Positions 1 through 9,222 of a stretch of 64,000 nt of DNA are shown piece after piece. The translations under genes were made by a program, and so were the position numbers. This DNA is from Nostoc sp. DedSLP01 (GTDB lineage Bacteria > Cyanobacteriota > Cyanobacteriia > Cyanobacteriales > Nostocaceae), in the NCBI GenBank assembly GCA_034530875.2, contig JAVRCJ020000002.1, positions 192,001 to 256,000 on the forward strand. The letters run 5' to 3'. The first letter of the stretch is position 1, and every line of letters starts with the position of its first letter. The notes under the pieces were generated by a model. It saw nothing but the letters and a program-made list of their open reading frames with translations, ran no database searches and was not told the DNA's origin.

Positions 1-1
1 C

Positions 2-1390
2 ATCTTCAGCAACGGCGGCTTCGGCGGCGGCGGCGGCTACGGCACCGCCAACGGCGGCTTCGGCGGCTTTGGCGGCGGCGGCGGCGGCGGCTACTTCGGC
101 AACGGCGGCTTTGGCGGCTTCGGCGGCGGCGGCGGCTTCGCCATCTACGGCGGCGGCGGCGACGGCGGCTACGGCAGCGGCGGCGGCGGCGGCAGCGGCG
201 GCGGCGGCTTCGGCGGCAGCTTCGGCGGCTTTGGCGGCGGCTTCGGCGGCGGCGGTGCTGGATTAGGGGGTGGCATCTTCGTCCGCAGTGGCTCTTTAAC
301 CCTCAACAACACCAGCTTTACCAACAACACAGCCACAGGTGGGACGGGTGCTAACTCAGGTCAAGGCTTGGGTGGGGCAATCTTCATTATGCAGTCTACC
401 AACAATACCAACGGCAATAACCAGGGAATGCCGACTACCCTTGGCAGTGTCAGTTCTGCTGGTACCCAGCCTACCTTTAGCGGCAACAGTGCGGCGAATG
501 ATGCGGCAACACCGACAAATAACGATGATGTTTACGGCACAATTAACGTCACTGCAACCAACCAAGCCCCCGTTGCTGTTGATGACATTGTTTCCACATT
601 CTTTGGTACTAGCGTCAACATCCCAGTTACTACCCTACTAGCCAATGATAGCGATGCCGATGGCAACCCTCTGAGCATCACTGCTGTCAGCAGTGCTACC
701 AACGGTACTGCCGTGCTGAATAATAACGGCACCCCCAACAACAGTGCAGATGATTACGTTACCTTTACTCCAAATCTTCTATTCGTTGGTAATGCCAGCT
801 TTAACTACACCCTCAGCGATGGTAGCCTCACTGATACTGGTACGGTGACTGTGGCTGTCGGTCTTAACAGTAATGGCACTAATTTTGCTGATAGCTTGAT
901 TGGTACCCTTGGTAACGACATCATCAACGGCGGCAATGGCAACGATACCATCTACGGCGGCGCGGGTAACGATAGCCTCAACGGTGATAATGGCAACGAC
1001 ATCTTGTATGGCGATGGACTGATGGATGGCGGCGCGGGTAACGATACCCTCAACGGTGGTAATGGCAATGATACCCTCTATGGTGGCGGCGGTAGCGATC
1101 GCCTCTCTGGTGGTAATGGCAACGATTTACTCTATGGTGGTGCCAGCAGCGATATCCTCACAGGTGGCAGTGGTAACGATATCTTTGCTTTTGCTGGTGG
1201 GGAAGGTACTGACACCATTACTGATTTCATTAAGGGTAGCGATCTGATTGGATTGTATGGTGGTTTAAGCTTTGGGCAATTAAGTTTCTCTGGTAACAAT
1301 ATCCTGGTGACTTCCACTAATGAAATTTTGGCGACGCTGACTGGCATTAATACTACGACGCTGACTGCTGCTAATTTCGTCACGCTTTAA
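2..1390 (+). CDS. Secreted glycine-rich / cadherin-like / RTX calcium-binding repeat protein, paralog 1 (5' end outside the window)
   Basis: The frame of ORF 368..1390 reads open from base 2 ([14 protein letters not shown]...[15 protein letters not shown]). It then has an [19 protein letters not shown] cadherin-like domain, GGxGNDxL nonapeptides and a C-terminal [17 protein letters not shown] tail, collinear with 3278..5215. Confidence 0.9.
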   Translation: MFSNGGFGGGGGYGTANGGFGGFGGGGGGGYFGNGGFGGFGGGGGFAIYGGGGDGGYGSGGGGGSGGGGFGGSFGGFGGGFGGGGAGLGGGIFVRSGSLTLNNTSFTNNTATGGTGANSGQGLGGAIFIMQSTNNTNGNNQGMPTTLGSVSSAGTQPTFSGNSAANDAATPTNNDDVYGTINVTATNQAPVAVDDIVSTFFGTSVNIPVTTLLANDSDADGNPLSITAVSSATNGTAVLNNNGTPNNSADDYVTFTPNLLFVGNASFNYTLSDGSLTDTGTVTVAVGLNSNGTNFADSLIGTLGNDIINGGNGNDTIYGGAGNDSLNGDNGNDILYGDGLMDGGAGNDTLNGGNGNDTLYGGGGSDRLSGGNGNDLLYGGASSDILTGGSGNDIFAFAGGEGTDTITDFIKGSDLIGLYGGLSFGQLSFSGNNILVTSTNEILATLTGINTTTLTAANFVTL

Positions 1391-1399
1391 TCATCCTTA

Positions 1400-1476
1400 T
1401 TTGATGCAAGCACCTTTGATGCATTGGCTTGCACCTTTGATGCATTGGCTTGCACCTTTAATGCATGAGCGTTGCA
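1400..1476. repeat. 21-bp tandem repeat array (unit TGCACCTTTGATGCATTGGCT), about 3 units
   Basis: Read directly; same unit family as 2619..2771 and 5528..5618. Confidence 0.9.
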
Positions 1477-1510
1477 AAAATTAGCCTTGCTCAGTCTTCA
1501 GAGAGTGGAG

Positions 1511-1541
1511 GCGATGTCTACGACAAGGCTTACGCCTACGC
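1511..1541 (+). mobile_element. Very small HIP1-targeting dispersed repeat (SDR5-like) splitting a GCGATCGC site
   Basis: GCGAT|GTCTACGACAAGGCTTACGCCTA|CGC, a 23-nt insert; related inserts at 39533 and 62691. Confidence 0.75.
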
Positions 1542-1577
1542 TACTCTCACGTTTCACATAAGTATCAATTATATAGG

Positions 1578-1609
1578 ACAAAGATCCTAGTCAAAACTTG
1601 GATCTTTGT
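1578..1609. terminator. Stem-loop between RTX paralog 1 and the sulfotransferase
   Basis: ACAAAGATCC...GGATCTTTGT inverted repeat. Confidence 0.45.
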
Positions 1610-1745
1610 ACGATGCGGTCGTTGAGGCGATCGCTATATAATCTCACCAACGCAAAATTTTAACAACTGTCTAGCCTGTGCGGGTAAAACACACAGGTGC
1701 AAAAGCTTTTATATCAAGGCAATAAATCAAAGCCAATCAATCATC

Positions 1746-2588
1746 ATGACTGCCAAAATCCACTTTATCTCCGGCTTACCTCGTTCTGGTTCCACCTTAC
1801 TCGGAGCCTTACTGCGGCAAAACCCCCGGTTTCATGCCAGCATGACTAGCCCTGTTGGTAGTCTGGTGAACCGAATGCTCGAAGCGATGAGCGAAGACAA
1901 CGAATATTCTGTCTTTATCACCCCTGAGCAAAAACGAGCATTAACCTTAACTATATTTTCCACATTCTACCAGCCGCAAGCAGATAAAGAAGTCATCTTT
2001 GACACTAACCGCTTGTGGTGTAGCAAATTATCCTTAATTCACGAGCTATTTCCTGGCTCCAAGGTGATTTGCTGCGTGCGGAATGTCGCTTGGATTATGG
2101 ATAGCATCGAACGGCTGATTAGAAAAAACGCTTTTGATGTGTCGCGGATGTTTAATAATGCTGGTGAACGCTCCACAGTTTACACCCGCACCGAAGCCTT
2201 GAGTCAAGGGGGACGGTTAGTGGGGTTTGCTTATAACGCCCTCAAAGAAGCATTTTATAGCGAACACAGCGCCTCTTTGCTTTTGGTGGACTATGACTTA
2301 TTGACCCAAGCACCTGATAAAACCCTATCGCTGATTTATCAATTTTTACAAGAGGAACCCTTTAAGCATGATTTTGCCAATGTAGAATACGAAGCTGAGG
2401 AATTTGATAATCGCCTGAATACTAAGGGACTACATCAGGTGCGTCGCAAAGTCGAGTTTCAGCCGCGACTGACAATTTTACCACCGGATTTATTTACTCA
2501 GTATGATGGGTTGTCTTTTTGGAAGAATCCTAGCAATAGTCTAGCAAATGTGATTGTCGCCCAGCCAGTAGAAGCAGTGAGTAAATGA
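1746..2588 (+). CDS. PAPS-dependent sulfotransferase, RaxST-like (putative protein/peptide tyrosine sulfotransferase)
   Basis: 5'-PSB motif HFISGLPRSGSTLL and 3'-PB motif CCVRNVAWIMDS. The blocks LLRQNP, FDTNRxWC and LPPDLF..FW match my recollection of Xanthomonas RaxST. Confidence 0.85.
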   Translation: MTAKIHFISGLPRSGSTLLGALLRQNPRFHASMTSPVGSLVNRMLEAMSEDNEYSVFITPEQKRALTLTIFSTFYQPQADKEVIFDTNRLWCSKLSLIHELFPGSKVICCVRNVAWIMDSIERLIRKNAFDVSRMFNNAGERSTVYTRTEALSQGGRLVGFAYNALKEAFYSEHSASLLLVDYDLLTQAPDKTLSLIYQFLQEEPFKHDFANVEYEAEEFDNRLNTKGLHQVRRKVEFQPRLTILPPDLFTQYDGLSFWKNPSNSLANVIVAQPVEAVSK

Positions 2589-2618
2589 AGCTTTGAATTT
2601 TCCCCTTCTCTACCAGGC

Positions 2619-2771
2619 TGCAACTTAGATGCATCGGCTTGCAACTTAGATGCATCGACTTGCACCTTTAATGCATTGACCTGCACCTTTGATGTATCAA
2701 ATTGCAACTTTAGTGCATCGGCTTGCAACTTAGTTGCATCAACCCGCACCTTAGTTGCATCTACCTGCAAC
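2619..2771. repeat. 21-bp tandem repeat array, 7 units plus a partial unit
   Basis: Units such as TGCAACTTAGATGCATCGGCT and TGCACCTTTAATGCATTGACC start at 2619, 2640, 2661, 2682, 2703, 2724 and 2745. Confidence 0.92.
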
Positions 2772-2777
2772 AAGCAA

Positions 2778-2834
2778 GTTTGTAGTAAGAACTTTAGTCG
2801 TTATTTTCTAAGCACTAAAGTGCTTACTACAAAC
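2778..2834. repeat. GTAG-type REP-like palindrome
   Basis: GTTTGTAGTAAGAACTTTAGT ... ACTAAAGTGCTTACTACAAAC inverted repeat. Confidence 0.75.
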
Positions 2835-2874
2835 CCTCAAAACATCTGAATTTGTAGGGTGCGTTATGGAGATA

Positions 2875-3061
2875 CAGCACCAATGAAATCCTGGCAACGC
2901 TGACGGGTATTAATACCACTACCCTCACATCTGCTGATTTCTTAACGGTCTAGGATTATAGCTTTTTTAGTTGATTAGTGATGCGATCGCTTTTTCTTTT
3001 GACCTCAAAGGCGATCGCATTTTCGCCCATCAAGTCTATTTAATCAAACGCGCTGAAAACA
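2875..3061 (+). pseudogene. 3' remnant (last codons, stop and downstream DNA) of a further RTX paralog
   Basis: Near-identical direct copy of 5137..5324 ([28 protein letters not shown] at 2951-2953, plus the trailer). Confidence 0.88.
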
Positions 3062-3090
3062 ACAGGAATTACTCTATGCCTAATTGCGAG

Positions 3091-3217
3091 CGCGCCAGAC
3101 GATTTTACCACCAGATTTATTTACCCAGTCTAATCAGTTGTCTTTTTGACCAAATCCTAGCAATGGTTTGGCGAATTTGATCGCTCCCCAGCCCATAGAG
3201 ACAACGGTTAAATCTAG
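3091..3217 (+). pseudogene. Degenerate 3' remnant of a second sulfotransferase copy
   Basis: Aligns with 2464..2588 (ATTTTACCACC.GATTTATTTAC.CAGT...TTGTCTTTTTG...AATCCTAGCAAT); the Trp codon TGG has become TGA. Confidence 0.8.
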
Positions 3218-3277
3218 TTTCCTTTTTTAAGGGACAAAAGTTTCACTGACTCGAACTAAACCAAGGAAAAAAATCAA

Positions 3278-5215
3278 ATGGCAACTTTTAATGTAACTTC
3301 TACTACCGATGACGGAACTGGCTTAACCACAGGCACCCTCAGTTATGCAATTCTCCAAGCCAACCAACAGGCAGGGGATGACACGATTAGCATCGATACC
3401 GATGTCCGCATTACAGGGGTGATGAAAACCCTCGTCAACAGCAATATCTCCATCGTCGGCAACGGCAACAGCATCAGTGGTGATGCCAACAACAACGGCA
3501 TCAACGACAACGGCGACGTGCGCCCCCTATTCATCCTATCGGGAAGCGTCGATATTTCTGACCTGACCATCACCAACGGACGAGCTAAAGGCGGAGATAG
3601 TGAACAAGGTGGCGGTGGTGCTGGTATGGGAGGCGGCTTGTTCATCTATGATGGCAATGTGTCTTTGACCGATGTCGCTTTCACTAATAACGCAGCACAA
3701 GGCGGTAATAGCGGTATCGGCTTCGGCAACAACGGTGGTGGTGGGATGTTCGGCAATTCTGGCGGCTACGGCGGCGGCGGACTGTTTGGTTCGAGCAACG
3801 GCAACAACGGCGGCTATGGTGGTAACGGTAACTACGGCGGCAGCAGCAACGGCGGCTTCGGCGGTGGCGGCTTCGGCAGCAGCGGTATCGGCGGCAGCGG
3901 CGGCTTCGGCGGCGGTGGTGGCAGGGGTGTTGTCGGCGACGCCGGCAGCGGCGGCTTCGGCGGCGGTGGTGGCAGTAGCGTTGCCGGCGATGGTGGCAGT
4001 GGCGGCTACGGCGGCGGCGGCGGCTACTTCGGCGGCAGCGGCGGCTTCGGCGGTGGCGACGGCACTGGCTTTCTCGGTGGCGGCGGTGCTGGACTAGGGG
4101 GTGGCATTTTCGTCCGTACTGGTTCTTTAACCCTCAACAACACCAGCTTTACCAACAACACGGCTACAGGTGGTTCGTCTTTAAACGATGGCCAAGGCTT
4201 AGGTGGGGCAATCTTCATCATGCAGTCCACCACCAATACCAACGGCAACAACCAGGGAATGCCGACTGTCCTACCTACCGTCAATTCTGTAGGTAATCCT
4301 ACCTTTAGTGGCAACAGTGCAGCAAATGATGCAGGAACAGCCACCAATAACGATAATGTCTACGGCACGATTAACATCACTGCCAGCAACCAATCCCCCG
4401 TCGCTAACCCCGACAGTGCGACCACTGCCAAAAATACTGCCGTCAGCATCTCGGTAAGTACCCTGTTAGCTAACGATACCGATCCCGACAGCAACCCCCT
4501 CAGCATCACTGGTGTCAGCGGTGTGACTAACGGTACTGCCGTCTTTAACAATAACGGCACAGCCAGCAACACGGCAGATGATTTCGTTCTCTTTACTCCA
4601 ACTACTGGATTCAGTGGTAATGCCAGCTTTGACTACACCCTCAGCGATGGTAGCCTCACTGATACTGCTACAGTTACCGTGGCTGTCGGTAACAACATTC
4701 TAGGCGGTAATGGTGCTGATAGCCTGAGTGGCACAGCAGGCAATGACTCCATTGCCGGAGGCAATAGCACTGACACTCTCAACGGCTTGGGGGGTGATGA
4801 CACCCTTGTCGGCGGTAATCAAGGGGATATCCTCAATGGAGGCGATGGCAATGACCTCCTGCTAGGGGAAGAAAGCGATAACAGTGGCGGTGGCAAAGAC
4901 ATTCTCAATGGCGGTGCTGGTAATGACATTCTCAATGGCGGTAACGGCGTAGATAACCTTACAGGTGGTACTGGCAACGACATCTTAACTGGTGGCAATG
5001 GTTCTGATACTTTCATCTTCGCCGCCCTAGACGGCACCGATACCATCACCGATTTTAGTGGAGCAGATGTAATTGGTTTGTCTGGGGGTCTGAGTTTCGG
5101 CGCTCTGTCCTTCTCTGGCAGCAACATCATTGTTACCAGCACCAATGAAATCCTGGCAACGCTGACGGGTATTAATACCACTACCCTCACATCTGCTGAT
5201 TTCATCACGGTCTAG
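3278..5215 (+). CDS. Secreted glycine-rich / cadherin-like / RTX calcium-binding repeat protein, paralog 2 (probable type I secretion substrate)
   Basis: N-terminal [19 protein letters not shown] cap, [12 protein letters not shown] and [12 protein letters not shown] motifs bracketing a poly-Gly region, cadherin-like domain, GGxGND repeats, and no N-terminal signal peptide. Confidence 0.92.
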   Translation: MATFNVTSTTDDGTGLTTGTLSYAILQANQQAGDDTISIDTDVRITGVMKTLVNSNISIVGNGNSISGDANNNGINDNGDVRPLFILSGSVDISDLTITNGRAKGGDSEQGGGGAGMGGGLFIYDGNVSLTDVAFTNNAAQGGNSGIGFGNNGGGGMFGNSGGYGGGGLFGSSNGNNGGYGGNGNYGGSSNGGFGGGGFGSSGIGGSGGFGGGGGRGVVGDAGSGGFGGGGGSSVAGDGGSGGYGGGGGYFGGSGGFGGGDGTGFLGGGGAGLGGGIFVRTGSLTLNNTSFTNNTATGGSSLNDGQGLGGAIFIMQSTTNTNGNNQGMPTVLPTVNSVGNPTFSGNSAANDAGTATNNDNVYGTINITASNQSPVANPDSATTAKNTAVSISVSTLLANDTDPDSNPLSITGVSGVTNGTAVFNNNGTASNTADDFVLFTPTTGFSGNASFDYTLSDGSLTDTATVTVAVGNNILGGNGADSLSGTAGNDSIAGGNSTDTLNGLGGDDTLVGGNQGDILNGGDGNDLLLGEESDNSGGGKDILNGGAGNDILNGGNGVDNLTGGTGNDILTGGNGSDTFIFAALDGTDTITDFSGADVIGLSGGLSFGALSFSGSNIIVTSTNEILATLTGINTTTLTSADFITV

Positions 5216-5325
5216 GATTATAGCCTTTTTTCGGTGATTAGTGATGCGATCGCTTTTTCTTTTGATCTTAAACGCGATCGCATTTTCGCCCATAAAGCCT
5301 ATTTAATCAAACGCGCTGAAAACAT

Positions 5326-5482
5326 TAGTTTGGGTCAAGGAGACAAAATCGGTTTGTCTGGCTTGAGTTTTAGTCAGTTGTCTTTCTCTGGTAATGAGAT
5401 TCGGTTAGGTAATCAAACTTTAGCAATACTCACTGGCTTTGATACGACGACGCTGACACAAAACAACTTTACTTCTGTTTAA
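5326..5482 (+). pseudogene. C-terminal fragment of another, more divergent RTX protein
   Basis: Translates SLGQGDKIGLSGLSFSQLSFSGNEIRLGNQTLAILTGFDTTTLTQNNFTSV*, homologous to the tails of both paralogs; no credible start of its own. Confidence 0.75.
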
Positions 5483-5527
5483 GTCTTTTGGGTGGGCAAA
5501 CGTTTGCCCACTCAACAAATTGGCTAA

Positions 5528-5618
5528 ATGCATTGACTTGCACCTTTGTTGCATTGACTTGCACCTTTGTTGCATTGGCTTGCACCTTTGTTGCATTGGC
5601 TTGCACCTTAATTGCATT
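5528..5618. repeat. 21-bp tandem repeat array, about 4 units (TGCACCTTTGTTGCATTGRCT)
   Basis: Read directly; units start at 5539, 5560, 5581 and 5602. Confidence 0.92.
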
Positions 5619-5624
5619 AAAGGA

Positions 5625-6266
5625 TTATTGTTGAAATTGGCTCAATAACCAAGCACCAACTTGACTTTGATACATTTGACGAGTTCGCCGTAATGCTTCG
5701 TTTAATAAAGAAATAGCTAATCCTGGCAACACCTGAGATTCTGTAATTCGGCGGCTACCTTGGTTTTCAATGGCAAAAGCCATAATTTCCACGTTTTGGA
5801 CATTTGAAATCCAGTATTCTTTGACTCCTAAATCTTCGTATAGTAACCGTTTGTTACCGAGGTCGTCAGCAAGGGAAGTATTGGCAACTTCAATTACTAA
5901 ATCTGATGGTGGATAGATGTCTAAGTTAACAATAGAAGTACCGTAGGGAATAATATTAGCATTCTCGCTAATGTAGTAAGACACATCAGGTTGAGCTTCA
6001 TTCAAGCCTGTTTTTCGATATGTACAATTATCTTTACCATTGAGAGCAATGCCTTTGATGGTGGCAAACAAGTTAACAGCAAACAGAATAATTGTATGGT
6101 CGCTGGCGTGGTCATTTCCTACTGCGTAGATTTCAATCCTCATGTGTCCATTGTGGTAGTAGCCCTTGGCTTTTTCGTAGGCAGGATTTTCTATGAATCC
6201 AATATATTCATCCCAAGTGGCTTTTATCCAAATATCAGTTACTAGTGGGATCTGTAATTCGCTCAT
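5625..6266 (-). CDS. Uma2 family (DUF820) PD-(D/E)xK endonuclease-like protein
   Basis: QPDVSYY, SDLVIEVANTSLADDL, KRLLYEDLGVKEYW; the likely start is MSELQ at 6266. Confidence 0.88.
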   Translation of the reverse strand: MSELQIPLVTDIWIKATWDEYIGFIENPAYEKAKGYYHNGHMRIEIYAVGNDHASDHTIILFAVNLFATIKGIALNGKDNCTYRKTGLNEAQPDVSYYISENANIIPYGTSIVNLDIYPPSDLVIEVANTSLADDLGNKRLLYEDLGVKEYWISNVQNVEIMAFAIENQGSRRITESQVLPGLAISLLNEALRRTRQMYQSQVGAWLLSQFQQ

Positions 6267-6499
6267 AATATTATTGCCAAAGGATAACTCGAACAACGAT
6301 CGCACAAGTTGTATCACCATTAAGCTGATAATAAAGCTTTCGTCGCCTTCTTGCTGACTCTTTTCGTAAGATATCCCAAAGCCTCTAAAGTGATTTTTTG
6401 TAAAATTATATACTGCACTTTTCAATTTTCTGGGTAATCAAAATTTAGAGGCGATCGCTACTTAAAATTTGAGAATGCGATTAAATTTTAAATAAAACT

Positions 6500-7084
6500 A
6501 TGAAACAACAAGGCATAATTCTCTGGCTAACAGGCTTAAGCGGTGCTGGAAAAACAACCATCGCCCACGGTGTCGCCCAAGAACTACTTCTGAGAAATTA
6601 CGCACTAGAAGTACTAGATGGTGATGTGGTTCGCACCCATCTTTCGCAAGGGTTGGGTTTTAGCAAACAAGACCGAGATACAAATGTGCGTCGTATTGGC
6701 TTTGTTGCTGAATTACTCAGTCGCAATGGCATAATTGCGATCGTTGCTGCAATCAGCCCTTACCGTGAAATTCGAGACGAACTCAAAAAGACTTCTACCA
6801 ATTTTGTAGAAGTTTATGTAAAAGCTCCACTTACAGTTTGTGAATTACGTGATGAGAAAGGACTTTACGCTAAAGCCAAGGCAGGAGAAATCAAACATTT
6901 TACTGGAATCTCTGACCCCTATGAAGAACCATTAAATCCAGAGATTATCTGCCAAACCGATAAATTTACTATTGAGCAATGTGTTAACCGAGTAATTAAC
7001 TATTTAGAACACAAAAATTTTATCGTTGCTGATAAAAAATCTCATGCTAATTTAATTACAATCTCTCATAAAGATATGATTTAA
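6500..7084 (+). CDS. cysC: Adenylyl-sulfate (APS) kinase
   Basis: WLTGLSGAGKTT P-loop, LDGDVVR, LGFSKQDRDTNVRRIG, RDEKGLY, FTGISDPYEEP. Confidence 0.96.
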   Translation: MKQQGIILWLTGLSGAGKTTIAHGVAQELLLRNYALEVLDGDVVRTHLSQGLGFSKQDRDTNVRRIGFVAELLSRNGIIAIVAAISPYREIRDELKKTSTNFVEVYVKAPLTVCELRDEKGLYAKAKAGEIKHFTGISDPYEEPLNPEIICQTDKFTIEQCVNRVINYLEHKNFIVADKKSHANLITISHKDMI

Positions 7085-7113
7085 TGATTAAAAGTTGATG
7101 ATTCCTATCAAGC

Positions 7114-7262
7114 CTTGGCGAATAAAATTCGCGGCTACACAAGCGAAGTCCGCCTATCGCGCTTGCGCTGCGCTTGACGCACTACGCGGACTAACAGAAA
7201 ATTAAGGTTTTGAAACCCACGTAGATGGGTAAAGTTTAGTGTAGACGCGGTTTCTAACCGCC
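7114..7262. repeat. Composite REP-like dispersed repeat with a nested small insert
   Basis: GCGAATAAAATTCGC hairpin (also at about 9887); AGTCCGC...GCGGACT stem interrupted by TCGCGCTTGCGCTGCGCTTGACGCACTA; ACCCACGTAGATGGGT hairpin. Confidence 0.55.
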
Positions 7263-7402
7263 CTTGTAACGTTAAGCTAACTTTATATAATTTTTAACCC
7301 ATAAGCGATCGCACTACAATACTGGGAAAAAGTTTTTAAAATTTGGTGGTAGTTAAAAGCCACCACCAGAATTTTTTAATTTGGTATCAAATCCCCTTGA
7401 CT

Positions 7403-8068
7403 TTACTTTTTCAAAACTATTTGAAAGGAATTTAAATACCCCGTAATAGTTTTAGCTAATGTCTTTTGCTGCTTTTTGGTCGTTATTGCCATTACTTGAT
7501 ATAACCTTCCTTCAGCAACATACATTCTACTTCTAGTGATTTTTCCTCCAGAATTGATGTACTCAATTTCTTTGCCGGGATGATTATTTGAACTCCGAAT
7601 GTTTCGTTGACTAATTAAATTACTTTGCGTAGTTTTGAGAGCCATATCCCGTGCGTTATTCAGTACAGCTTGGGGGTCAGTCATCTCTCCATAACTAAAA
7701 GGAAAATCATTGTAAGTAACTATGTATGCTACTTGCTGTTTTGGTGGTTGAGCGACAAATATTTCTAAGTTAATTTCGCCCATGTAAGTTTTTTGGAATT
7801 GGGTTTCTCTGTTGGGTCTTCCCGGCATCAAAATAGTAAAACGCCCATCTGGAGGAGTAAATAATTTCCATTTTGGTTGTTTTACGGGTTGAGAAACGGT
7901 TGGTTTAACCTTGGCTTTAATAGTTGGTTTGACTTTTGGTTTAACAGTTGGTTTGGGAGTTGTTTTGACAACAGGCGCAGGTGATTTGGGTTGACGCGCT
8001 TCCACCAAAACAGATCCGCCACAAATAAATGTGGCGGCGAGCAATGGCAACAGACGTTTAATTGTCAT
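7403..8068 (-). CDS. Exported hypothetical protein with a Lys/Pro-rich linker
   Basis: Signal peptide, PTVKPKVK repeats, and a globular WKLFTPPDGRFTILMPG...GRLYQV..YLNSF domain. Confidence 0.8.
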   Translation of the reverse strand: MTIKRLLPLLAATFICGGSVLVEARQPKSPAPVVKTTPKPTVKPKVKPTIKAKVKPTVSQPVKQPKWKLFTPPDGRFTILMPGRPNRETQFQKTYMGEINLEIFVAQPPKQQVAYIVTYNDFPFSYGEMTDPQAVLNNARDMALKTTQSNLISQRNIRSSNNHPGKEIEYINSGGKITRSRMYVAEGRLYQVMAITTKKQQKTLAKTITGYLNSFQIVLKK

Positions 8069-8112
8069 ATTTTTTGCCTTTGAGATGCTAATCTCACTGA
8101 TGATGCCAGCTG

Positions 8113-9138
8113 TTATAACCTAGCAGCACACAAAGCAGCACCTATTAGGCCAACTTGAGGGTTGAGAATAATATACACGGGTATTTCTTCCAGCAGGGGA
8201 CGCATCCTACCCTTTTGGGTGAAATTGAGTAAGAAACTGCTGTTTTGGATTAACGGCAGGATTTTGGGCGCAATTCCACCAGCAATGTATAAGCCGCCAT
8301 AAGGTAGGAGTTTAAGGGCGAGATTACCGGCTTCTGCACCGTAAGCTTCTATGAATAATTGCAAGGTTTGTTCGGAAAGGCGATCGCGTTTTTCTAGTGC
8401 AGCTGTACCAATGACAGCACCAGGATCGACGCTTTTCTCTTCCTTGCCGGCTTCTTGTTCCCAAGTTCTCACGACTTGGGCGACGTCTGGTGATTCGCTG
8501 GCAAATTTGCGATCGCGCAAAAATTGGTAAATTGAGACAATTCCCATTCCCGAAACTACGCGTTCTACAGAAATGCGCTGGATATCATGCTTACCAAGCA
8601 GGTATTTCAACAATTGAAACTCCATCTCGTTTCGGGGAGCAAAATCAGCGTGTCCGCCTTCTGAGGGAAAAACTTGATAGTAGTTACCCTGTCTAATTAA
8701 AAATCCTTGCCCTAAGCCCGTACCGGCACCAATAATGCCAACTGGGGCTTGTGGTTGAGGTTTGCCAGCCTGTAAAGTATGCAAGTCTTGTTTTTCTAAA
8801 CCGGAAATGCCATAGCCGACGGCTGCGAAGTCGTTTATTAAAGAAATTTGCGGGATACCCAAGTCTTGTTGTAGACGTTCGGTATCCAGGAACCAAGCTA
8901 AATTAGTTAGCTTGGCAGTATTTTTAACAATGGGGCCGGCGATCGCAAAACAAGCTTTTTCTGGTATCGATGTATTAGCTTTAGCCAAAAACTGCTGCAC
9001 TATGGGTGCTAAATCGGGAAAGTCTGCACTGTGGTAACTTTCCTGATGAATAGTATGTAAACTCTGCGAATCGGATGTTTCAACCAATCGCAGAATAGTT
9101 TTCGTACCGCCGATATCTCCCGCAAGTAGCAAAGTCAT
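8113..9138 (-). CDS. glk: Glucokinase
   Basis: LAGDIGGTK, LINDFAAVGYG, GAGTGLG, SEGGH, GGLYIAGGIAPK; likely start MTLLLAG at 9138. Confidence 0.96.
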   Translation of the reverse strand: MTLLLAGDIGGTKTILRLVETSDSQSLHTIHQESYHSADFPDLAPIVQQFLAKANTSIPEKACFAIAGPIVKNTAKLTNLAWFLDTERLQQDLGIPQISLINDFAAVGYGISGLEKQDLHTLQAGKPQPQAPVGIIGAGTGLGQGFLIRQGNYYQVFPSEGGHADFAPRNEMEFQLLKYLLGKHDIQRISVERVVSGMGIVSIYQFLRDRKFASESPDVAQVVRTWEQEAGKEEKSVDPGAVIGTAALEKRDRLSEQTLQLFIEAYGAEAGNLALKLLPYGGLYIAGGIAPKILPLIQNSSFLLNFTQKGRMRPLLEEIPVYIILNPQVGLIGAALCAARL

Positions 9139-9222
9139 AGAATTTATTGGCGAATTCATTATTTTTTTGGAGGATATACCCAACGTAGCAAAAGGCACGA
9201 TTTTAAGTACCTATCTGACGAT

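Noticed and set aside
69..266. Poly-Ala ORFs (also 3672..4097)
   Set aside because: These are alternative frames of the GGC-rich glycine coding regions.
1391..1745. A raxX-like small precursor gene next to the sulfotransferase
   Set aside because: I found no convincing small ORF with a double-glycine leader or DY motif; one could lie outside the window.
2498..2773. 91-aa heptad ORF on the minus strand
   Set aside because: It arises from the 21-bp array, starts at TTG with no evident RBS and overlaps the sulfotransferase antisense; not called as a gene.
2971..3180. ORFs starting MISDAIAF (also 5234..5482)
   Set aside because: Chance read-through of duplicated HIP1-containing trailer DNA into gene remnants.
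1400..5618. 21-bp arrays as CRISPR
   Set aside because: The units are contiguous with no unique spacers, and there are no cas genes in the window.
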